DNA of 64,000 nucleotides, from assembly GCA_964430705.1 (NCBI GenBank), contig CAYSGJ010000217.1, positions 218 through 64,217 on the forward strand. Reading direction: 5' to 3'. The DNA comes from an uncultured Desulfobacterales bacterium (lineage in GTDB: Bacteria > Desulfobacterota > Desulfobacteria > Desulfobacterales > C00003060). This document shows positions 9,150 through 15,580 of the stretch, in pieces; position 1 is the stretch's first letter, and the number at the start of each line of letters is the position of its first letter. The translations under genes and the position numbers were made by a program. The notes beneath the pieces are model-generated. The model worked only from the letters and a program-made list of their open reading frames with translations, made no database searches and was not told the origin of the DNA.

Positions 9150-9177
9150 ATGGTATCTTCTCGAATGTGAAAGTCAA
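9150..9177 (-). promoter_or_regulatory. possible sigma-70-like promoter for the micro-ORF/radical SAM transcript
   Basis: On the minus strand: TTGACT, 16 nt spacer, TACCAT. Confidence 0.25.
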
Positions 9178-9290
9178 GGGGAATAATATCTGGTTCGTGG
9201 CGGTGACAAGGCTCTGAGCCCGTGCTGCTGCCGTTTGTTCCCGAAGGTAAAGATATTTTTTGGCGAGAATTCATGATATAGAAGACCAAC

Positions 9291-10076
9291 ATGAAGATTG
9301 TTACATTCAATGCCAACGGCATTAGAGCAAGACTTCCCATTGTTTTGGATTGGCTGAACAAAGAGGTCCCTGATGTGCTGTGTCTTCAAGAAACCAAGGT
9401 GCAAGACGCTGACTTTCCCAGAAAGGCCTTTGAAGATCTGGATTATCATTGTATTTTTCGCGGGCAGAAGTCCTATAATGGGGTTTCCATGGTGAGCAGA
9501 ACGGCTCCCGAGGATGTGCGCTTTGGGTTTGACGACGACGATGCCGCGGAAGAATCCAGATTGATTACAGCCGTTATTCGAGGCGTATCTATTGTGAATA
9601 CTTATGTACCGCAGGGCTATGCTCCCGATTCGGATAAGTTTCAATACAAAATCGGGTGGTTTGAAAGGCTGGGGCGTTTTTTCGATCGTTTTTTTGAGCC
9701 TTCGAGTCATCTTGTTTGGTTGGGAGATTTCAATGTAGCGCCAGAGCCGGTGGATGTGTACGACCCGGACCGGCTGAGGGGTCGTGTCTGCTTTCATCCA
9801 GAGGAACACAAGGCGCTGGGCGCCGTGAAATCCTGGGGTTTCACGGATGTGTTTCGCAAACACGACCCGAGGGAAAAAAAGTATTCTTTCTGGGACTATC
9901 GCGTTCCCAATGCCGTGGCCCGGGGGCTCGGCTGGCGATTGGATCATATCTGGGCGAGTGCCGCCATGGCACAGGTTTCCACTCGGGCCTGGATTGATGT
10001 GGCTCCCAGGCTCTTTCCCAGGCCCTCTGACCATACCTTCGTGGTGGCGGAGTTCGATATGGATGCCTTGGGATAG
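9291..10076 (+). CDS. xthA: exodeoxyribonuclease III
   Basis: MKIVTFNANGIRARL...LCLQETK...WDYR...DHIW...SDH, the EEP-family AP endonuclease pattern. Confidence 0.92.
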   Translation: MKIVTFNANGIRARLPIVLDWLNKEVPDVLCLQETKVQDADFPRKAFEDLDYHCIFRGQKSYNGVSMVSRTAPEDVRFGFDDDDAAEESRLITAVIRGVSIVNTYVPQGYAPDSDKFQYKIGWFERLGRFFDRFFEPSSHLVWLGDFNVAPEPVDVYDPDRLRGRVCFHPEEHKALGAVKSWGFTDVFRKHDPREKKYSFWDYRVPNAVARGLGWRLDHIWASAAMAQVSTRAWIDVAPRLFPRPSDHTFVVAEFDMDALG

Positions 10077-10337
10077 GCCAACAGCAGGGGTTGTTCTCGG
10101 TTTTTGGATTGAATCTTGGTTGGCATGGTAAGTCCTTTTATACGCGTTGGCAAAAGGCCATGGGCTTGCCCGCTGTTTTTAGGGAAAATGGGATGAATAA
10201 CCAAACAATCGGCGGGAACCGGTATGGCGTCTGCAAGCGCCGGACACGGCTGCATCGCCGGCGAGGGCGAAAGCGGGTGCCTGTAGTGTGTTACGCGCTC
10301 ACCTGAGGGGATCTATAGAAAAGGAGGGCACAGCACG

Positions 10338-11327
10338 TTGTTTGTACTGGGATTGCAAGGCAGTCCTCGCCTCAAAGGCAATACAAGCCTTCTGGTTTCC
10401 GCTTTTCTGAAAAGCGCAGAGGATCTTGGAGCCAGGACGCTTCGAGTGGATGTGGCCCGCAAGACAATTTCTCCTTGTCTGGGGTGCGGCACATGCGAGC
10501 GAGAAGGTTTTTGCCCTATCGATGATGACATGCAGGAGATGTACGCCCTGCTTTGGGAGGCGGACGTGGTCGTCATGGCCACTCCGGTGTTTTTCTATGG
10601 GCCTTCGGCCCAGCTAAAAGCACTGATTGACCGCTCGCAGGCCCTGTGGGCAAGGAGGTACGTGCACAACCTTTCGGACCCCGGCCGAACGTGGCGGCGG
10701 GGTTGCGTCCTGTCGGTCGGCGCCACAAAAGGAAAAAATCTTTTTGATGGGATTGCGTTGACAGCCCGGTATTTTTTCGATGCCGTCGGGGCGCGCTTTG
10801 AAAAGACGCTGGGCTTCCGACAAGTCGAACGGGCCGGAGATATCAAGGATCACCCAAGCGCCCTTGCCGAAGCCGGTGCGCTGGCCGAACACATGGTGCG
10901 TCCTTTCATGGGAAGGAAACGCATTCTCTTTGTATCCACCGCGGAGAATGTCTGTTTCAGCCGAATGGCCGGCGCCTTTGCCCAACGCGATGGCGGGGGG
11001 TGGCTCGAGGTGCAAAGCGCTTCGGCCGGCGCGGATGAGCCGTTGGGAGAGATAACCGATGCGTTGATGAGAGAAAAGGCACTGGACATGGCCTTTCGCA
11101 AAATGCTTTCGCTGGAAGAGGCCGATCGCCGGGTGAGGCCGGAGCTGGTCGTTTCCGTTGGCAGTGACCGACGGTGGGGCCGGTTTGCCGATGCGGACTT
11201 TCAGTGTTGGCCGCTGCCCGGATCGTGTAGGCAATCCATGGGCGCTATGCGACAAGTCAGAGACGAGATTGCAAACCGGGTGGCGGCGCTGGTTTCTTCT
11301 GTGGCGACGGTAGGGCAAATGCCGTAG
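10338..11327 (+). CDS. fusion protein: iron-sulfur flavoprotein-like (flavodoxin/NADPH-FMN reductase fold) N-domain plus ArsC/LMW-phosphatase-like C-domain
   Basis: The N-domain has GSPRLKGNTSLL and CLGCGTCEREGFC. The C-domain resembles the LMW-PTP/ArsC fold, but its P-loop is degenerate (ILFVSTAENVCFSRMA in place of CxGNxCRS). TTG start after AAGGAGG. Confidence 0.75.
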   Translation: MFVLGLQGSPRLKGNTSLLVSAFLKSAEDLGARTLRVDVARKTISPCLGCGTCEREGFCPIDDDMQEMYALLWEADVVVMATPVFFYGPSAQLKALIDRSQALWARRYVHNLSDPGRTWRRGCVLSVGATKGKNLFDGIALTARYFFDAVGARFEKTLGFRQVERAGDIKDHPSALAEAGALAEHMVRPFMGRKRILFVSTAENVCFSRMAGAFAQRDGGGWLEVQSASAGADEPLGEITDALMREKALDMAFRKMLSLEEADRRVRPELVVSVGSDRRWGRFADADFQCWPLPGSCRQSMGAMRQVRDEIANRVAALVSSVATVGQMP

Positions 11328-11452
11328 TGTTGCATATATAGGGTTTGTATAAAAATCCGCGCGTGTTGATGCCGTCGGCCCTGATATGTTTGATTAGGTA
11401 AATCCGGCCACAAAATGATGTCTGCGAGAAACGCTGTAGCAAGGTAGCAAGC

Positions 11453-12823
11453 ATGCCTTATCTTATTATGTCTAAGGACTCCAAGGGATATCGCGTGTTC
11501 CGTTTTGCCAATCTGATAAAGATGGGCAGGGCGGAGACAAACGACGTCGTGTTTGACGGCGTGAACGACCTGGCTGTATCGCGTCTCCATGCGTATATCC
11601 AACAAGAAGACAATGGGTATGTACTTTATGATCAAAGCAAGAACGGAACTTTCGTGGATGATGAAAGAATCAATCGGCACGAGCTGTCCCATGGAACAGC
11701 CTTTCGAATTCAGGACTGCGTGTTGGCTTTCGTGCAGGATTCCGCCGCACGAAGCATTGAAAAAAAGGCGGGGGGTCGCCGGCAGACGGCCACGCGGAGC
11801 AATGGCCAAGAGGGCCTGGAAACACTGGTTCCCCACAAGAGTAAAGACGGCAAGGAACGGGAAAACGTGCTTGCCCTGAAGCGGCAGTTTGCTCAAGAAG
11901 GCATTGTGGTTGAAAGTGATGAAATGATCGCCCTTTATCGTGATGTCCAGGCGGTTGCGGGGCTGAACGTTCCAGTGCTGATTGTGGGTGAGGCGGGAAG
12001 CGGAAAGGAACACGTTGCTCACACCCTGCACAGTTTCTCGCAAGCAAAAGGCAATTTTATTGCGCTGAACTGCTCTTCTATTCCGGAGGGCCTTTTTGAA
12101 AGCGAGCTTTTCGGGTGCGTAAAGGGGGCTTTCAATAACGCCATTGATAAACCCGGAAAACTGGAATTAGCCAACGATGGTACGATCTTTCTGGATGAGA
12201 TTGGAGATATGGGTTTGGCGTTGCAACCCAAACTGTTGCGTTTCATAGAAGACAAGGAGCTTACTCGCCTGGGCGATACAAAGACCAAAAAGGTCCATGT
12301 GCGCGTGGTTGCCGCCACGAATCAAGACTTAAAGGCCATGATGCAACGGGGTTCATTTCGACAAGACTTTTACCAGCGCCTGGCTTGCATCAAACTCGAA
12401 GTGCCGCCCTTGCGAGAAAGACAAAAAGATATTGCTGTCATGGCCGATTACTTTTTATCAAAATTTTCTAAAGAATATGATTGGAAAGCGCCCGGGATCT
12501 CTCCGAATGCCATGAAGATGTTGATGGAATATCACTGGCCAGGCAACATCCGAGAGCTGAAGAACACCCTTTTGAGTGTCTTGGTGCGGGTGCAAGGCAA
12601 GACTGTCTACCCGAGAGACTTGGCGGCCGTGTCGGAAGACCTGCGAGCCATGGCAAAACAGGCCGGCAAGAATTTCATGTCCATGGAGGACGTGGAGCGG
12701 CAACATATCGTGGGGGCACTGGAAAGAGCCAAAGGAAACAAGGCTGAGGCGGCCAGGCTTCTGGAGATTTCAAGAGACACGTTGTATAAAAAAATCAAAA
12801 AATATCATCTAGCATCCGAATAG
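11453..12823 (+). CDS. sigma-54-dependent transcriptional activator with N-terminal FHA domain
   Basis: FHA pattern (GRAETNDVVF...VSRLHAYI...SKNGTFVD); AAA+ Walker A GEAGSGKE; ESELFG and GAFNNA (GAFTGA-type loop); C-terminal Fis-type HTH (AARLLEISRDTLYKKIKKY). Confidence 0.92.
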   Translation: MPYLIMSKDSKGYRVFRFANLIKMGRAETNDVVFDGVNDLAVSRLHAYIQQEDNGYVLYDQSKNGTFVDDERINRHELSHGTAFRIQDCVLAFVQDSAARSIEKKAGGRRQTATRSNGQEGLETLVPHKSKDGKERENVLALKRQFAQEGIVVESDEMIALYRDVQAVAGLNVPVLIVGEAGSGKEHVAHTLHSFSQAKGNFIALNCSSIPEGLFESELFGCVKGAFNNAIDKPGKLELANDGTIFLDEIGDMGLALQPKLLRFIEDKELTRLGDTKTKKVHVRVVAATNQDLKAMMQRGSFRQDFYQRLACIKLEVPPLRERQKDIAVMADYFLSKFSKEYDWKAPGISPNAMKMLMEYHWPGNIRELKNTLLSVLVRVQGKTVYPRDLAAVSEDLRAMAKQAGKNFMSMEDVERQHIVGALERAKGNKAEAARLLEISRDTLYKKIKKYHLASE

Positions 12824-12865
12824 CGTAGCATGTTTTGTTGTTTTCCAACGCCACGGCGTGGTCAG

Positions 12866-12884
12866 GTGTCTGATTCTCAGACAC
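12866..12884. promoter_or_regulatory. 19-bp palindrome, candidate enhancer (UAS) site 1
   Basis: GTGTCTGA-TTC-TCAGACAC with perfect 8-bp arms. Confidence 0.4.
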
Positions 12885-12945
12885 AATCGTGTTGGCTGCA
12901 GTATAATCGGTCTTTTCAATAGATAGCGTGATCGAGTCGTAAGCG

Positions 12946-12964
12946 GCGTCTGATTTTCGGACGC
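12946..12964. promoter_or_regulatory. 19-bp near-palindrome, candidate enhancer (UAS) site 2
   Basis: GCGTCTGA-TTT-TCGGACGC. It shares the motif of site 1, and the centres are 80 bp apart. Confidence 0.4.
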
Positions 12965-12994
12965 TCCGGTCTTTTTCTCCACGCTCCGGTCTTT
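12961..12994 (+). repeat. two direct copies of ACGCTCCGGTCTTT, 20 bp apart
   Basis: Exact 14-nt repeats at 12961-12974 and 12981-12994. The first copy overlaps the right arm of UAS site 2. Confidence 0.7.
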
Positions 12995-13058
12995 ACGTTT
13001 CCCCGGACAGTTACAATAAGCTTTTGAAATTAATTCGAAATCCAGCCTTTTTCTGGTG

Positions 13059-13074
13059 TGGCATCCTCCTTGCT
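13059..13074 (+). promoter_or_regulatory. sigma-54 (-24/-12) promoter
   Basis: TGGCAT-CCTCC-TTGCT matches the TGGCAC-N5-TTGCW consensus with correct GG/GC spacing. It lies about 110 and 190 bp downstream of the two palindromes. Confidence 0.6.
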
Positions 13075-13283
13075 ATATTCCCGGGTAAACCAAGTCCATG
13101 CGCCGGTTTTCGGTATCATTTCATGCAGTGTGAAGGGATTTTTCCTGACCGGCGCGTTGGCTTTCAGCCTGTCGTTATCGTGCTGATGGGGGCCTTGGAA
13201 GTTTTTGGGCCCACAGGATTTTTTACCCGCCTGCTTCCTGCCTCCGAAGGCTGGTGTTGATGGTGGATGGAGCACACAGCCTT

Positions 13284-13312
13284 CGGGCGGGAAGCTACCC
13301 CCCCGGCTTTTT
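13284..13312 (+). terminator. possible intrinsic terminator
   Basis: CGGGCGGG-AAGCTA-CCCCCCCG (8-bp stem with one C:C mismatch), followed by GCTTTTT. Confidence 0.3.
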
Positions 13313-13450
13313 CGGTGCCTCTCCGAGAAGACGACTGTTATCAGAGCGAAAAATCCAACAAAATTATTTGGAAATGATTACATTAGGGCGGGATTTTTGT
13401 GGCCATGTAACAAGTAGGAAATTGTAGGGAGATGGACCATTTTTATGAGA

Positions 13451-13466
13451 TGGCATGATTCCTGCT
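13451..13466 (+). promoter_or_regulatory. second sigma-54 (-24/-12) promoter
   Basis: TGGCAT-GATTC-CTGCT. It lies 72 nt upstream of the ATG at 13538. Confidence 0.5.
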
Positions 13467-13537
13467 CGAAAAAAGGGGGGACAAACGGCGTTAACGGCTT
13501 GGCGGTACGGCGGGCATCAGGGAAAAGGGACCGGGAA

Positions 13538-14392
13538 ATGATAGGGGAAAGAAATTTGCGGGAAAGGATTCTTGGCGCTGTTGACAACCTGCCTCCGATG
13601 CCCCGGATCATACACAAGGCCCGTCAGATGGTGGACGACCCCAATTCCAACCTGAAGGACCTGGCTGATTTGATCGAAACCGATCAGGCTTTGGCTTTCA
13701 AGGTTTTAAGGCTATCAAATTCGGCCTACTACAGCCGGCTGGAAAAGGTGGGCTCCGTACAGGAGGCTGCAGTGGTGCTTGGGTTGAAAACCCTGGAAGA
13801 GTTGTTGACGGTTGCCTGTACCCACAAGGTGCTAGGGCGTTCACTAAAAGGTTATGGCTTGTCTTCAGATGTCCTGTGGCGCCATTCCCTGAGTGTGGCC
13901 ATTGGTTCGAGAATAATCGCAAGCCGAAAAAAGCCTTCATTGGCGAATCAGGCGTTCTCCGCCGGATTGATTCATGATTCCGGAAAGCTTATTCTGGATA
14001 AATATATTTTGGAGAGGGAAGAAGTCTTTGCCCGTTTCTTGGCAGATAAGGAAGAAAGCTTCTTGAATGCTGAAAAGACCATTTTGGGATTTGACCATGC
14101 CGAAATTGCTGCAAAAGTATGTGAAAGATGGAATTTCCCCAAAACCATATCCGTGCCTGTAAGATATCATCACAATCCGTCGCGGTTTCGAAGCAACGAA
14201 TTGGCCTTTATCGTTCATGCAGCGGACCAGATCGCCATGTGGAGCGGGATAGACAGCGATGAGATTACCATAGAACCGGGAGACACGGTTTTTGACATAC
14301 TGGGCATAGCCGTCGACGAAATCGGCATGATCATGGACCAGGTTGTAGCGTCGGTTAAAGAGATCGCCGAGCAAATGAACGATCATGGTTAG
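13538..14392 (+). CDS. HDOD domain signalling protein
   Basis: LPPMPRIIHKARQMVDDPNSNLKDLADLIETDQALAFKVLRLSNSAYY and GLIHDSGKLIL are HDOD hallmarks. I prefer the start at 13538 over the track start at 13445, which lies upstream of the sigma-54 promoter's expected transcription start. Confidence 0.85.
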   Translation: MIGERNLRERILGAVDNLPPMPRIIHKARQMVDDPNSNLKDLADLIETDQALAFKVLRLSNSAYYSRLEKVGSVQEAAVVLGLKTLEELLTVACTHKVLGRSLKGYGLSSDVLWRHSLSVAIGSRIIASRKKPSLANQAFSAGLIHDSGKLILDKYILEREEVFARFLADKEESFLNAEKTILGFDHAEIAAKVCERWNFPKTISVPVRYHHNPSRFRSNELAFIVHAADQIAMWSGIDSDEITIEPGDTVFDILGIAVDEIGMIMDQVVASVKEIAEQMNDHG

Positions 14393-14479
14393 ACCGGATA
14401 TGGCGCGCAACGCGAACATTGAAAATTGTCAAATCATGTATGGATTGCTATTTTTTTGCAAAAGCAGTTGAATATAGGC

Positions 14480-15451
14480 ATGGAAAAAGGTTGGGATAAC
14501 GGAAATGGGCCGATGCCCGTGCAGGTTCCCGTGGAAGATGTGCTGGATCTACACTGTTTTCAACCCAAAGAGGTGCCCGGGTTATTGAGGGAATACCTGC
14601 ACGCGTGTCGGGATGCAGGTATCTATTCTGTGAGAATCATCCACGGCAAAGGGCGAGGGCTTCTCCGGGACCGCGTTCATAGTACCGTGAAAAAATCCCC
14701 CCTGGTGGTTACTTTTTCAGAGGCGCCGCCGTCCAGCGGGGGATGGGGGGCTACACTCGTTGAACTGAAGGAACGGGGGCGCTTTGAAAAGGATTTTGTA
14801 AAGGCGCTGGACGAAGGGGCCTTGGTCATGGGCGCGACCTTGGACCACACGCAAATGGGCCTTATGGCTCTGCATGCCGGAGAGCTGTTGGCGTGGAATC
14901 GAACCGCAAACCTGACATCCATCACCGAGCCTAGGGAGATGGCGGAAAAACTGTTCCTTGAAAGCCTTCCTGTTTCCGAATATGTTCCTGTTGCAGCCCG
15001 ACTTTTGGATATTGGCTCTGGGGGCGGCTTTCCGGGAATACCCTTGAAGCTGATTCGACCGGATATGGACGTAACGTTGTTAGACGGGAAAAGAAAAAAG
15101 GTCAATTTTTTGAAATATGTCATCAGGACCCTGGGTCTTAAGGGCGTCGAAGCCCGGCAGGACCGGGCAGAACAGTTTGCGCTGAAAGCTGTCGGCGCAA
15201 AGGCGTTGTTCGGCGTGGTGATTTCAAAAGCTGTTGGGGACCTGGACATGTTGCTGCGGCTGTCCTTGCCGCTGATGCGTGCTGACGGGGTTGTGATCGC
15301 CATGAAGGGGGCGGCGATGGAAAATGAAATTGCCTCGGCGCGTGCCACCGTTGAGCGTGAAGGTCTTCGGGTAAGAAAAACAAGCTATCGGCTGCCGTTT
15401 TCGGGCATTATGCGGGGCCTGGTGGTCCTGAAAAGGACTGGTAAACACTGA
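14480..15451 (+). CDS. rsmG: fusion of an Smr domain with 16S rRNA (guanine527-N7)-methyltransferase RsmG
   Basis: N-terminal Smr pattern: LDLHCF...VRIIHGKGRGLLRDRV...GGWGATLVEL. C-terminal RsmG pattern: LLAWNRTANLTSI...LLDIGSGGGFPGIPLKLIRPD...TLLDGKRKKVNFL. Both lie in one continuous frame. ATG at 14480; the track start at 14426 is a TTG. Confidence 0.85.
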   Translation: MEKGWDNGNGPMPVQVPVEDVLDLHCFQPKEVPGLLREYLHACRDAGIYSVRIIHGKGRGLLRDRVHSTVKKSPLVVTFSEAPPSSGGWGATLVELKERGRFEKDFVKALDEGALVMGATLDHTQMGLMALHAGELLAWNRTANLTSITEPREMAEKLFLESLPVSEYVPVAARLLDIGSGGGFPGIPLKLIRPDMDVTLLDGKRKKVNFLKYVIRTLGLKGVEARQDRAEQFALKAVGAKALFGVVISKAVGDLDMLLRLSLPLMRADGVVIAMKGAAMENEIASARATVEREGLRVRKTSYRLPFSGIMRGLVVLKRTGKH

Positions 15452-15537
15452 GACTTTTCACAGTGGATTCAGGTTTGTTGCCTTATGTGTCAGATGTTCC
15501 GGGCGGACAGGAAAATAAATGTTACACGGCCCTGGTT

Positions 15538-15561
15538 CCATTGTTTCACGTGAAACAATGG
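15538..15561. repeat. perfect 24-bp palindrome between convergent genes
   Basis: CCATTGTTTCAC|GTGAAACAATGG. No T-tract follows on either strand. Confidence 0.8.
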
Positions 15562-15580
15562 GCGCCGTCCGTCCATGTCG

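Noticed and set aside
10230-10252. GGCGTCTG-CAAGCGC-CGGACAC upstream of the flavoprotein fusion gene, similar to the 19-bp palindrome motif at 12866/12946
   Set aside because: The spacing between half-sites is 2 nt longer, the arms are imperfect, and there is no sigma-54 promoter downstream. It is probably coincidental.
12961-12994. Direct repeats ACGCTCCGGTCTTT x2, considered as a CRISPR-like or iteron array
   Set aside because: There are only two copies with a 6-nt spacer. This is not a CRISPR array, and no cas genes are present anywhere in the window.
13024-13275. Mutually antisense 78-aa (+) and 81-aa (-) ORFs in the gap after the sigma-54 activator gene
   Set aside because: Neither has a convincing RBS or recognisable motif, and both use non-ATG starts. 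The region is better explained as regulatory or non-coding. It is left open as an alternative in the corresponding finding.
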